DNA of 64,000 nucleotides, from positions 96,001 to 160,000 of the forward strand of contig CAXXYE010000007.1 of the NCBI GenBank assembly GCA_963674865.2, given 5' to 3'. This DNA comes from Candidatus Hydrogenedentota bacterium. Its GTDB lineage: Bacteria; Hydrogenedentota; Hydrogenedentia; Hydrogenedentales; SLHB01. This document shows, piece by piece, positions 20,678 to 30,797 of this stretch. A program made the position numbers and the translations under genes. The notes under the pieces were generated by a model. That model saw only the letters and a program-made list of their open reading frames with translations, had not been told where the DNA came from and ran no database searches. Position 1 is the first letter of the stretch, and each line of letters starts with the position of its first letter.

Positions 20678-22584
20678 TCCGTCATCCCGACTCCAGTTCC
20701 GCCGGACAGGCCGGCGATAAGAAGTCCCCGTCCATGCGCCCAAGGCCGAAGAGCAGGCGCATGCCGCCGCGCGGGAAGCCGAGAAGGCCCCTGCACCACG
20801 CGCCGCAGCCTGGCGAGGATGCCCTGCCCATGTCGCGCGAGGAGATGGAGCGCCGGGGCTGGGAGGAATTGGACGTTCTGCTCGTGACGGGCGACGCCTA
20901 CGTGGATCATCCTTCCTTCGGCGCGGCGCTGCTCGGGCGTTGGCTCTGCGCCAAGGGACTACGCGTCGGCATCGTCGCCCAGCCTCGATGGGACGGGCCG
21001 GCGGATATCGAGCGTATGGGACGTCCCCGCCTCTTCGCCGGTGTGACGGCAGGTGCGATGGACTCCATGTTGGCCCATTACACGGCGTTCCGGAAGAAGC
21101 GCCGCGGTGACGCCTACACGCCCGGCGGCCGCGCCGGTGCGCGGCCCAATCGCGCCGGTATCGTGTACACGGGCCTCGTGCGCCATGCCTTTCCCGGCCT
21201 GCCGGTAGTCGTGGGGGGCATCGAGGCATCGCTCCGCCGCGCTACGCACTATGATTTCTGGACGGAGAAGCTCCGCCGCTCCATGCTGCTCGACAGCAAG
21301 GCCGATCTCCTTGTCTACGGCATGGCCGAGCGGACCATTCTCGAGGTCGCCCGGCGTCTCCAGGCGAGTCCGCCCGACGGAACGCCCCTTCCGGACGCCC
21401 TGCACGGTATCCGGGGCGCCGCATTCGCGGTATCTTCGCTCGACGCCTTGTTGGCCTCGCCCCACGGCCCAGGCCGAAGCGGCGTCATCACGCTGCCGTC
21501 GCACGAAGCTATCCTGGGTGATGCCAAGAAACTCATGGAGGCCACGCTGGCGATTGAGCGCCAAGTCCACCAGGGCGTCGAGTGGGCCACGCAGGGGAGT
21601 GGCAATCGACACCTGGTGTTGACGCCTCCTGCGGAGCCTCTCGCCGCAGATGAGTTGGACGCGCTCTACGCCTTGCCCTTCACCCGGCAGCCTCACCCGT
21701 CCTACAGCAAACCTATCCCCGCCGCCGGCATGATCCGGTTCAGCGTTACCTCGCATCGCGGATGCGCCGGGGGATGCACCTTCTGCTCCATTGCGCTGCA
21801 CCAAGGCCGTCGAATCCGCTCGCGAAGCGCTCCGTCCCTGGAAGAGGAAGTCCGAACGCTAACGCGCCATCCCGACTGGGCCGGGAGTATCTCGGACGTG
21901 GGCGGCCCCACGGCTAACATGTGGGGCGCGCGCTGCGCGGCCGACCCCTCGTCATGCAAACGCCCCGACTGTCTCACGCCTGAGGTATGCCGGCATTTCG
22001 AGATGGACGGCGAAGCGCTAGTCCGGCTGTTGCGGACGCTCCGCGCCGTGGAAGGCGTCAAACACCTGCGCGTCGCCAGTGGCGTGCGCTACGACCTCGC
22101 CGAGGAAGAAGATCCATATCTCGGCGCCCTCGTGAGAGAGTTCGTGGGCGGGCAATTGACGATTGCGCCGGAACACCTGAGCGCTCACGTGCTCCGGCTC
22201 ATGCGCAAGCCTGCGTTCGAGGCCTTCGAGAAGTTCCTTTGCCTTTTCGAGCGGGAGTCGCGCCGCGCACACAAAAAGCAATACGTGATTCCCTACCTTA
22301 TCAGCGCCTTTCCCGGCTGCACCGACGAAGACATGCACCGCCTCGCCCGGTGGCTTCAAGAGCGTGGATGGAAGCCCCGCCAGGTACAATGCTTCATTCC
22401 CACCCCCGGCACTGTCGCCACGGCCATGTACTACGCCGGCATCGATCCCGCCGGCAATCCCATCCCCGTCGCCCGCACCGACAAAGAGCGCCTGCGCCAG
22501 CACGGCATTCTAGTTCAAGAACACGACTCGCCTGGGAGCGGGTCCTCTGGCAGTAAACGTTCAGGTTGTCCGGGTAGAGGATAG
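20674..22584 (+). CDS. ygiQ: YgiQ-family radical SAM protein
   Basis: VTGDAYVDHPSFG, GGIEASLRR..HYD.W, CAGGCTFC, DVGGPTANM, SGVRYD, QVQCFIPTP. Confidence 0.92.
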   Translation: MIRHPDSSSAGQAGDKKSPSMRPRPKSRRMPPRGKPRRPLHHAPQPGEDALPMSREEMERRGWEELDVLLVTGDAYVDHPSFGAALLGRWLCAKGLRVGIVAQPRWDGPADIERMGRPRLFAGVTAGAMDSMLAHYTAFRKKRRGDAYTPGGRAGARPNRAGIVYTGLVRHAFPGLPVVVGGIEASLRRATHYDFWTEKLRRSMLLDSKADLLVYGMAERTILEVARRLQASPPDGTPLPDALHGIRGAAFAVSSLDALLASPHGPGRSGVITLPSHEAILGDAKKLMEATLAIERQVHQGVEWATQGSGNRHLVLTPPAEPLAADELDALYALPFTRQPHPSYSKPIPAAGMIRFSVTSHRGCAGGCTFCSIALHQGRRIRSRSAPSLEEEVRTLTRHPDWAGSISDVGGPTANMWGARCAADPSSCKRPDCLTPEVCRHFEMDGEALVRLLRTLRAVEGVKHLRVASGVRYDLAEEEDPYLGALVREFVGGQLTIAPEHLSAHVLRLMRKPAFEAFEKFLCLFERESRRAHKKQYVIPYLISAFPGCTDEDMHRLARWLQERGWKPRQVQCFIPTPGTVATAMYYAGIDPAGNPIPVARTDKERLRQHGILVQEHDSPGSGSSGSKRSGCPGRG

Positions 22585-22746
22585 CCTGCTTGCACACTGC
22601 CTGGCGCGCTGGATCCGGGGGATTCACGGCATTCAGAGGATTCCTGGCACCGGCCGCAATGGTTCGGGTGTATACTCAAGGAATTGAGGATGCTACTCTG
22701 GGGATCTATACTGTGTGAACGACAACTACGGCCGGGGGACACAGAC

Positions 22747-23673
22747 ATGATTGGCAAGATTCAGCGTATTAGGCTCAGGGAAGTGTGGAAGCACGAAGCC
22801 TTGGATTTCACGACATGGGTGGAGAACAACATAGATGCCTTGAACGATGCATTAGATCTTTCGCTGCAAAATGTGGAGCGCGAGCAGAACGCGGGTGCTT
22901 TCAGCGTTGACCTAGTTGCCGAAGACGAGACCGGTAACATCGTGATTATTGAGAACCAGCTTGAGAGAAGCAACCACGACCACCTCGGCAAGCTCATTAC
23001 TTATCTGACAGCGCTGGAGGCGAAGGCTGCTATATGGATTGTGTCGGAGCCTCGCCCAGAGCACGTGAAGGCCGTGGCTTGGCTTAACGAAAGTAGTTCA
23101 GCCGCCTTTTACCTCGTGAAAGTAGAGGCCATCAAGATCGGGGAGTCGCCACCAGCCCCGCTGCTAACACTCATTACAGGACCCAGTGCTGAAGCGGCGG
23201 AAGCCGGAAAGACAAAGAAGGAACTCGCGGAGCGATACTCCATCCGCAAACGATTCTGGAGCGGCTTGCTTGACAGGGCCAAGGGGAAGACGAAACTGCA
23301 TGCAAATATATCGCCTGGTGAATACAACTGGGTCGGGACATCGGCGGGGATGTCTGGACTGTGGTTCAACTATACTATACGGCAGCACGACGGACAGGCC
23401 GAGCTCTATATTGATGTTGATAAGGACAGCGGTGAAGGTAATACCAAGATTCTGAATGAGCTTCTTCAACACAAGCAGGCGATTGAAGAGCAGTTCAAAG
23501 GCACGCTTGAGTGGGAGTCACTTGAGGGCAGGCGTGCCTGCCGGATAAGGAAGACAGTGGGCATCGGTGGATGGCGGGATGAAGAGAAATGGCCAGACCT
23601 TCAGGAGGCGATGACGGATGCGATGGTTCAGCTCGAGAAGGCTCTACGCCCATACCTGAAAAAGCTTGGATAA
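22747..23673 (+). CDS. DUF4268-domain protein with N-terminal PD-(D/E)xK-like nuclease fold
   Basis: LREVWKHEALDFT.W, VDLVAED..IIENQLE.S.HDHLGKL.TY, LEWE.L..RRACRI; visibly lower GC than neighbours. Confidence 0.8.
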   Translation: MIGKIQRIRLREVWKHEALDFTTWVENNIDALNDALDLSLQNVEREQNAGAFSVDLVAEDETGNIVIIENQLERSNHDHLGKLITYLTALEAKAAIWIVSEPRPEHVKAVAWLNESSSAAFYLVKVEAIKIGESPPAPLLTLITGPSAEAAEAGKTKKELAERYSIRKRFWSGLLDRAKGKTKLHANISPGEYNWVGTSAGMSGLWFNYTIRQHDGQAELYIDVDKDSGEGNTKILNELLQHKQAIEEQFKGTLEWESLEGRRACRIRKTVGIGGWRDEEKWPDLQEAMTDAMVQLEKALRPYLKKLG

Positions 23674-23923
23674 GACTAAGTGCATTCGTATTATGTGGAT
23701 ACTCTCTTCCAGGCCATGTCTGGAGTCTTCTACCATCGCTTTCAACCTGGGGCAGAAATACATTCGGCCGAGCAACCTACTTCGGCAGAGTGAGTCTGTT
23801 CGCGACACGGCGATCTAGCCCCATTGGGGCTCATCGCTGACTTACGGTGGACTTACGGGGCAGTTCCGCAAAGAAGAAGGCCAGAGCCCTCTTTTGGAAG
23901 ACACTGGCCTACAAAGACTTAAA

Positions 23924-24001
23924 TGGCGGGGACGACGAGGCTCGAACTCGCGACCTCCGGCGTGACAGGCCGGCGCTCTAAACCAACTGAGCTACGCCCC
24001 C
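23924..24001 (-). tRNA. tRNA-Asp (GTC)
   Basis: GGGGGCG/CGTCCCC acceptor stem, TAGCTCAGTTGG D-arm, CTGTCAC anticodon loop, GTTCGAG T-loop, encoded CCA. Confidence 0.97.
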
Positions 24002-24084
24002 GCAACGGGGGGGTGGACCTCATAGGGGGCCTACCCAAGCGCCGGAAATATACCACGCGCCACAGCCAAGTTTCAACTTGCATG

Positions 24085-25107
24085 TCAGGCGTTGTATGCC
24101 GTTCCCGACGCCACGAACACGATGGTGTCGCCTTCTTTGAGCATCGGCAAGTCGGGCACGTCGAAGTAGTCGCCATCGCGATAGACGCGCATTACGGCGG
24201 CGCCTTGGATCTCGCCGGGGCGCTTGCCGATTTCCTCCGGGCGCACCGCTCGCTCATCCAATTGCAGCGCGCCCCCTACGCTTAGAATATCCTGCATCGT
24301 CTCAACCAGGTGGGAGTGAGCTTGCCTCGTGGCCGCCGCCATGAGGTTGCCGCCCGCCGCCGCGGGGGAGATGATGACGTTCGCGCCGCTGCGTTCGAGG
24401 AGCTTGACGTTCTCGGCCTCGTGGCACATGGCGATCACCTGGGCCTGTGGATTCAGGTCGCGCACCGTCAAGGCGATGAGCACGGCCGTGTCATCCCGGC
24501 CCGGGCAGATGAGCACGTGGGCCACGCGATCAATCGCCACGGACTTCAGCACACTCTCGTGTGCGGCGTCGCCACTCACCGACACGACGCCGAGGTCGGC
24601 CGCGTCTTTCAACGATGCTTCGCTCGTGGCGAGCACGACGATCTGATCCGCCGGCGTGCCTTGCAGCAGCAGCTCCTGAATCGCCGCGCGCCCCGTCGCC
24701 CCGTATCCGCAGACAATTACATGATCATGCAGCTTATCGACCGCGCGCTTCATGCGGTAATCCTCCTGAAACCGTTTGATGATCAGTTGGTAGGCGGTGC
24801 CGAAGAACATGAAAATCACGATGAAGCGAACCGGCGTCAGCAAAAAGGCATCCGCCAGGCGCGGCCCCGTGCCCACGGGCACGATGTCGCCGTAGCCTAC
24901 CGTTGTGATGGTGACGAAGGTGAAGTATACGCAATCCAAGAAGCGCGCCGGACGCCCCGTCTCTTTGTCTATTAGGCCGCCTTCCCAATAGAGGCCAAGG
25001 ACAGTCACGCACAATAGGAGTATGACAAGTGTCAGACGTAGCAGGAGGGTGTGGACCCCGGGCAGACGCACTGGTGTGTAGAGCTTCCCCGCCATGGCTA
25101 ACAGCAT
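24085..25107 (-). CDS. Potassium channel with TrkA-N (RCK) domain
   Basis: TITTVGYGD selectivity filter; HVIVCGYG.TG Rossmann motif. Confidence 0.92.
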   Translation of the reverse strand: MLLAMAGKLYTPVRLPGVHTLLLRLTLVILLLCVTVLGLYWEGGLIDKETGRPARFLDCVYFTFVTITTVGYGDIVPVGTGPRLADAFLLTPVRFIVIFMFFGTAYQLIIKRFQEDYRMKRAVDKLHDHVIVCGYGATGRAAIQELLLQGTPADQIVVLATSEASLKDAADLGVVSVSGDAAHESVLKSVAIDRVAHVLICPGRDDTAVLIALTVRDLNPQAQVIAMCHEAENVKLLERSGANVIISPAAAGGNLMAAATRQAHSHLVETMQDILSVGGALQLDERAVRPEEIGKRPGEIQGAAVMRVYRDGDYFDVPDLPMLKEGDTIVFVASGTAYNA

Positions 25108-25367
25108 ACGAAATCTGCCGGGGAAATCAAGCCCCCGGTGGCAGGTGAGTTCGTCATGCGCCGCGAGGCCCCGGGAACTCCCGCCTTCAAAGGGGGATTC
25201 CAGAGATAAAGAGAAACTCTAGTGTGTGCATAGTTAGTATAATTAGCATTTTGTGGCCGGGAGGGATGGGAGACTTTCTGTCAACTCATTTTCCCCAACC
25301 TGTGGAGTCATCGAGACCCACTTACACCACTGCTTGACCTCGGCCTATCCAATTACACAATATTTGG

Positions 25368-25396
25368 TTGCGTGATTTGCCCCGCCATGGTAGAAT
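25368..25396 (+). promoter_or_regulatory. Sigma-70-type promoter of ftsK
   Basis: TTGCGT-N17-TAGAAT with extended TG. Confidence 0.55.
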
Positions 25397-25437
25397 GGCT
25401 TCAGGGAGGGGAGAACTCTTTGCCGGAGGTGTGCTAG

Positions 25438-27912
25438 ATGAGTTTTCTGGGGAGGCTCCAGCCGGAGCGCCGCCTAGAGATCCTTGGCGTGCTTATGCTC
25501 GCCCTCACCGCCGCTCTGTTTATCGCCCTCGTCACCGACGGCCACCAGGGCCAGATCCGCCGGCCTCTCGAGGAGCTGGCCAAGGTGCCCAACGCGCTTG
25601 GAGCGCCCGGGGCCGTGACGGCGGGATTCCTGTATATCCTCGTGGGGCATGCCGCCCACGTCATCTACTTCCTCACGTGTGTCTGGGGCCTGATGCTCAT
25701 CAGCCACCGCCCCCTGGATCGCCTCGGCGGGCGGTGCCTCGGGAGCTTGCTCCTGGTGTTCTCCATTGCCGCGCTGCTCCACGTGGACTTCGCCGCGCCG
25801 GACGCGGGCAACATCCCCGGTGGGATGATCGGCTCCTTCTTCGCAAGCATCATCGCGCCGACCTTTGGCGTTATCGGTGCGAACGTGTTCACCATCACGC
25901 TGGCCGCCGTGGGCATTCTCCTGGCGACCGAATTCCTGCTCATTCGTTTTCTCGATAAGCTCCGCACCGTCACAACCGTGACGCTCATCGCTTGGGCAAA
26001 CATGCTACGAGTCCTCTATGAGCGATGGCGGGAGCGCCGAGAGCGCCGGGCCGAGGCGGCCGAGCAGAAGGCTGAGTCGGAGGACGTCCCCGCCAAACCA
26101 CGGCGGCGTCTTTTCGCCCTTGCCGGTGGGAAGTTAAAAGGAGACGCCGACAAGCCGCGCGATCTCAGCGAGATCCGCATACGGCCCGAAGTGGATGCTT
26201 CGCGGGAATCCGAGCCGCCCTTTGCGCCCGTGCCCGAGGTAGCGTCAACTGCGGAGGCGCCGGCGGAAGCGGAAGCACCGAAGGTGGTGGCGACGGCGGA
26301 AGAACCGGATGACGAGCGCCAACTCGAGATCGTCGCCGAGGAGCCCGTGAGCGCCAAACCGGCCGCCGAAACAGCCAAGCCCGAGATCAAGCGATTGCCG
26401 CGGCGCCGGACGCCGGTGGATGAAATCCCCGCCGATTACGTCTATCCCAAGCGATACACCCGGCCTCGCGTAGACTTGTTGACTAAGCCTAACAAGCCTC
26501 AGATTACCGATTTGGGGGATCAACTACGAGCAACGAGCGCCCTGCTCGAAGACACATTGCAGACCTTCGGCATCGAGGCCCGCGTAACCGATGTCACGCG
26601 AGGGCCCACCATCACCCGCTTTGAGATTCAGCCCGCGCCGGGCGTCAAGGTGAGCCGGTTTCACTCCCTCGCTGATGACATCGCCCTCGCGCTCAAGGCC
26701 CATCGCGTGCGTGTCGTCGCGCCTATCCCCGGGAAGGGTCGCGTCGGCATCGAAGTGCCCAACAAGCACCGCGAGCCTGTGGTCCTGCGCGAGCTTATCG
26801 AGTCGCAGATGTTCCGCAGGGCGCCGTGCCGCCTGCCTCTCACGCTTGGCAAGGACATCGCGGGCGATTCCGTTGTCACCGGCTTGGCCGAGATGCCGCA
26901 TCTTCTCGTGGCCGGCGCCACCGGCGCGGGGAAGACCGTGTGCGTCAAAGCGCTGCTGGCCAGTCTGCTGTTCAGCAGGACGCCCGACGAACTGCAACTG
27001 ATGCTCATCGACCCGAAGATGGTCGAACTCTCCATCTTCAACGACATCCCGCACCTGATCACCCCCGTCGTGACGGATCCGAAGAAAGCATCGTCCGCCC
27101 TCAACTGGCTCATCGTCGAGATGAACGAGCGCTACCGCCTGTTCAGCCACCTGCGCGTGCGCAACATCGAGATTTACAATGCCAGTGTCGAGAACGGCGA
27201 GATCGAGATGCCTCAGGGGCAGGGCGGCAGCGAATCCGTGAGCGTCATCCGCAAGCTTCCGTATATCGTCTGTGTCATCGACGAGTTGGCCGACCTGATG
27301 ATGCTCGCCCGGGCCGAGGTCGAGGACGCCATCGGGCGCCTGGCACAACTCGCCCGGGCCGTCGGCATCCACCTTATCATCGCCACGCAGCGCCCCTCGG
27401 TGGACGTGCTTACCGGCGTGATCAAGGCCAATTTTCCCGCCCGCATCTCCTTCCAGGTGTCATCGCGCGTGGACTCCCGGTGCATCCTGGATGAGATCGG
27501 CGCCGAGCGCCTTATCGGCCGCGGCGACATGCTCTATCTGCCTGCCGGGCAGGCCAAACCCACGCGCATCCAAGGCGCCTTCGTCAGCGATGAAGAGATG
27601 ATGGCGCTCATCGGATACCTCAAGACCCAGGCCCCGCCGCAGTATCGCGATGAGATCGAGAACTTCGGCAAGAGCGATGCCTTAACCGACCTTGAAGACG
27701 AGACGGATGAACTACTCGACGAGGCCGTTCAAGTCGTCCTCGATACGGGGCAGGCCTCCATTTCAATGGTGCAAAGAAAGCTTCGTGTAGGATACACTAG
27801 AGCTGCCCGGCTGATTGACATGATGGAAATCAGGGGGATCGTCGGGCCGCATATCGGGAGCAAAGCGCGCGAGATTCTCGTAGACTTGCCGCGTACGGAC
27901 GAGGTCGCATGA
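25438..27912 (+). CDS. ftsK: DNA translocase FtsK
   Basis: N-terminal TMs; PHLLVAGATGAGKT, IDPKMVEL, ATQRPSVDV, gamma domain QRKLRVGYTRAARL. Confidence 0.97.
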   Translation: MSFLGRLQPERRLEILGVLMLALTAALFIALVTDGHQGQIRRPLEELAKVPNALGAPGAVTAGFLYILVGHAAHVIYFLTCVWGLMLISHRPLDRLGGRCLGSLLLVFSIAALLHVDFAAPDAGNIPGGMIGSFFASIIAPTFGVIGANVFTITLAAVGILLATEFLLIRFLDKLRTVTTVTLIAWANMLRVLYERWRERRERRAEAAEQKAESEDVPAKPRRRLFALAGGKLKGDADKPRDLSEIRIRPEVDASRESEPPFAPVPEVASTAEAPAEAEAPKVVATAEEPDDERQLEIVAEEPVSAKPAAETAKPEIKRLPRRRTPVDEIPADYVYPKRYTRPRVDLLTKPNKPQITDLGDQLRATSALLEDTLQTFGIEARVTDVTRGPTITRFEIQPAPGVKVSRFHSLADDIALALKAHRVRVVAPIPGKGRVGIEVPNKHREPVVLRELIESQMFRRAPCRLPLTLGKDIAGDSVVTGLAEMPHLLVAGATGAGKTVCVKALLASLLFSRTPDELQLMLIDPKMVELSIFNDIPHLITPVVTDPKKASSALNWLIVEMNERYRLFSHLRVRNIEIYNASVENGEIEMPQGQGGSESVSVIRKLPYIVCVIDELADLMMLARAEVEDAIGRLAQLARAVGIHLIIATQRPSVDVLTGVIKANFPARISFQVSSRVDSRCILDEIGAERLIGRGDMLYLPAGQAKPTRIQGAFVSDEEMMALIGYLKTQAPPQYRDEIENFGKSDALTDLEDETDELLDEAVQVVLDTGQASISMVQRKLRVGYTRAARLIDMMEIRGIVGPHIGSKAREILVDLPRTDEVA

Positions 27913-28376
27913 CAGACGACGTATTTCCCGGACAGATTCTCAGAGAGAAGCGAGAGCAACTGAATCTCGAGGTGGAAGAGGTCTACCGTGAAATACGCAT
28001 TCCCCCGGAATACCTGAGGGCTATCGAAGAAGGCGACTTTTCCGACGTGCCCGCTACCTGTTATGCCTTAGGCTATCTCAAAACCTACTGCACTTTCCTC
28101 GGCTATGATCCCGAGCCGTTCGTGGATGCTTTCCGCGCGTGCACGCGGCCGGCCAGCGGATTCCTTCGCATGCCGCGCCGGGATGATAAGGCGGCCCCTC
28201 CGGCATGGTGGTCGGGCGTGGTCTCCTGGGCGGCCGTCTGCGCCGTGCTGGCCTTGGCCTGGCTGGCCTACGCCGTCGCCGTGAATCCGCAGCCCGAGGA
28301 GAACGAGGGACGCGTCGAGGCCGTCACCATCGACATGGCCGTACCGTTTGGCTCCGCCGAGGACGTGCGTCCCTGA
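27909..28376 (+). CDS. rodZ: RodZ-like HTH + TM protein (short form)
   Basis: GQILREKRE..YLRAIEEGD..Y.LGYLKTY..LG; single TM; ftsK-rodZ-pgsA synteny. Confidence 0.75.
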   Translation: MTDDVFPGQILREKREQLNLEVEEVYREIRIPPEYLRAIEEGDFSDVPATCYALGYLKTYCTFLGYDPEPFVDAFRACTRPASGFLRMPRRDDKAAPPAWWSGVVSWAAVCAVLALAWLAYAVAVNPQPEENEGRVEAVTIDMAVPFGSAEDVRP

Positions 28377-28544
28377 CGCAAACGCCCTTCAAGTAGCCGT
28401 TTTCCCCTGAGGGCTCCGACATGCGCGGCGTGGGCCGATCTGCTAGAATGGACTTGCGCCGTGCGGCAAGGTGCAAGCCATCATCCTCTCCGGCGCATTC
28501 ACAAAGGAGGCATCTCCAATGAACTCATGGCGGAAAGCCGGGCA

Positions 28545-29141
28545 ATGAACCTTCCGAATCGATTGACGATGGGCCGTCTCGTGATGGTGCCTGTGTTTGT
28601 ACTGCTCTGTTCCTTCGATCATGTGGCCACGTACGCCGTCGCCTACGTTGTTTTCGTCGCAGCATCCATCACCGACTACTACGACGGCAAGATCGCCCGC
28701 AGCCGCAACCTCGTCACGAATTTTGGCAAGCTTTTCGATCCCGTCGCCGATAAGGTTCTTCTGTCGGCCGCCTTTGTCATGCTCATGGAGATTCCCGGCT
28801 TGCACATCCCCGCGTGGACTATCGTTGTCATCATCGCCCGTGAGTTCCTTGTCACCGGCGCGCGTTCCCTCGCCGCAACCGACGGCGTTGTCATCGCCGC
28901 CAATTCCTGGGGAAAAACCAAAGCCGTCATCCAGATGACGTACATCTTCACCTTCCTGTTCTTCGTCATCGTCGAGCGCGCCATCGCGCACTGGCTCCCT
29001 GATGGGATCGTTCTATACCGGGAAGCGCTTGGAATCACTTCCTACTGGGCCATCCTTTTTGTGGCCCTCTTCACGGCCTTCGCGGGGGTGCAGTTTGCCC
29101 GTCTCAATTGGCGCGCACTCAATCTAGGGAGGTTGACATGA
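28545..29141 (+). CDS. pgsA: CDP-diacylglycerol--glycerol-3-phosphate 3-phosphatidyltransferase
   Basis: MNLPNRLT, TDYYDGKIAR..FGKLFDPVADK. Confidence 0.95.
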   Translation: MNLPNRLTMGRLVMVPVFVLLCSFDHVATYAVAYVVFVAASITDYYDGKIARSRNLVTNFGKLFDPVADKVLLSAAFVMLMEIPGLHIPAWTIVVIIAREFLVTGARSLAATDGVVIAANSWGKTKAVIQMTYIFTFLFFVIVERAIAHWLPDGIVLYREALGITSYWAILFVALFTAFAGVQFARLNWRALNLGRLT

Positions 29142-30259
29142 GCGCTACGTCGCCTTCTCGTGTCCACATCGACCTCAATGCTTACGCGGAGAATCTGGGC
29201 GTGGTCCGGCACATGTTGCCGGAGGGCTGCGCGATCATGGCCGTCGTAAAGGCCGATGCCTACGGGCACGGGCTGGTGCCGATCGCGCGGCGGGCCGTGG
29301 CGGAGGGCGTCGCGATGCTGGGCGTAGCCACCATCGACGAGGCCGTTGCCTTGCGCGACGCAGGGATTGACGCACCCATCGTTGTCATGCTCCAGCCCGC
29401 TCAAGGCAATCTTGCCGCGGTGGTCGAGTACGATCTCCGCCTTATGGTGTCCGACGTGGGAACGGTCGAGCGGCTCGGCGAACACGCCCGGCGCGCTAAT
29501 CGCGTTGCTTCCGTCCACTGCAAGATCGATTCAGGTATGGGGCGGCAGGGCTTTCAGATAGACAATGCCGAATCGGAACTCCTTTTCCTGACGCGCATCT
29601 CGAATATTGACATCGAGGGCATCGCCACGCATTTCCCCGTCGCCGAGCGGCCCAACGACTCATTCACCGGCGGGCAGATTCGCGCTTTCCGGAACCTTCT
29701 TCGGCACCTCGATAAGGCCGGCATACCCTTCGAGATCGCCCACGCCTCCAACAGCGCCGCCATCATCAATTATCCGAACGGCGTGTTCAACATGGTTCGG
29801 CCCGGCCTCATGACCTACGGTGTTTGGCCCCTGGGCGGGCGGCCGCGGCCCTCCGTGTTGCGTCCCGTCCTCCGCTGGGAGACCGAGCTCGTCCTTGTTA
29901 AGCAGCTCTCGGCAGGCGCAAGTATCGGTTACGGCCGCACCTACACGGCCCAACGGCCCATCCGGGTGGCCATCCTCCCCGTGGGCTACGCTGATGGCTA
30001 CAAGTATAACCTTGCCAACAAAGCCGACGTGCTTGTTGCCGGCAAGCGCTGTCCCGTGCGCGGCAATGTCTCAATGGATCAGATCGTCGTGGACGTCACC
30101 AGTGTCGACGGGGCCGCCCCGGGGGATACCGCGGTGCTCATCGGGAACGACGGCGAGCAGCGGATCACCGTCGAAGAACTGGCCGCCCACGCCCAAACCA
30201 TCCCCTACGATATCCTCACCGGTATCGGCTCCCGCGTTTCCCGCGTCTACGTCGAGTAA
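29138..30259 (+). CDS. alr: Alanine racemase
   Basis: AVVKADAYGHG PLP motif, GMGRQG, PVGYADG, SMDQ. Confidence 0.97.
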   Translation: MSATSPSRVHIDLNAYAENLGVVRHMLPEGCAIMAVVKADAYGHGLVPIARRAVAEGVAMLGVATIDEAVALRDAGIDAPIVVMLQPAQGNLAAVVEYDLRLMVSDVGTVERLGEHARRANRVASVHCKIDSGMGRQGFQIDNAESELLFLTRISNIDIEGIATHFPVAERPNDSFTGGQIRAFRNLLRHLDKAGIPFEIAHASNSAAIINYPNGVFNMVRPGLMTYGVWPLGGRPRPSVLRPVLRWETELVLVKQLSAGASIGYGRTYTAQRPIRVAILPVGYADGYKYNLANKADVLVAGKRCPVRGNVSMDQIVVDVTSVDGAAPGDTAVLIGNDGEQRITVEELAAHAQTIPYDILTGIGSRVSRVYVE

Positions 30260-30266
30260 TCACCGT

Positions 30267-30794
30267 ATGGCCGCCGTCTACTACATCGACGGATACAATG
30301 TCATTTACCACTGCAGTAAGCTGCGTCCCTTGGCCCTCGAAGACTTTGAAGCTGCGCGGGACGCCCTCATTGAGCGGGTCGCCCGATTCTGTGGTATGAC
30401 GCGCTGCCGCGCGCAGATCGTTTTTGATGGACGTGGCCGGCGTCACGAACGCGTTCTTCCGCCTCCGGGCGCCGTCGGTCTCAAGATCACGTATTCCGCC
30501 GCTCATCAGTCAGCCGACTCGCTGATCGAGCGGCTCGTTTACACAGCACACAACCGGCGCGATATACAGGTGGTGAGCAGTGATCGGGGGATTCGGGACT
30601 TGTGTACGGGACTGGGCGCCTTTGCCGTCCATCCCGACAACTTTCTGGGGACTATCGACGCTGCCGACGCCGAGTTTGATCGCTCTATCGCGATCTCCCG
30701 CCAGGCCGACCAGAAGCCGCGCGTCGAGGATCACCTCGATCAGGACGCCATAGACCGCCTCAACCGGCTCAAGGAATCTCTCGAGAACCAGTGA
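30267..30794 (+). CDS. YacP-like NYN-domain ribonuclease
   Basis: IDGYNVI, IVFDG, SAD.LIE, VVSSD. Confidence 0.88.
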   Translation: MAAVYYIDGYNVIYHCSKLRPLALEDFEAARDALIERVARFCGMTRCRAQIVFDGRGRRHERVLPPPGAVGLKITYSAAHQSADSLIERLVYTAHNRRDIQVVSSDRGIRDLCTGLGAFAVHPDNFLGTIDAADAEFDRSIAISRQADQKPRVEDHLDQDAIDRLNRLKESLENQ

Positions 30795-30797
30795 GCT

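Noticed and set aside
25289..25310. DnaA-box-like sequence upstream of ftsK
   Set aside because: Multiple mismatches, no box cluster, no dnaA context
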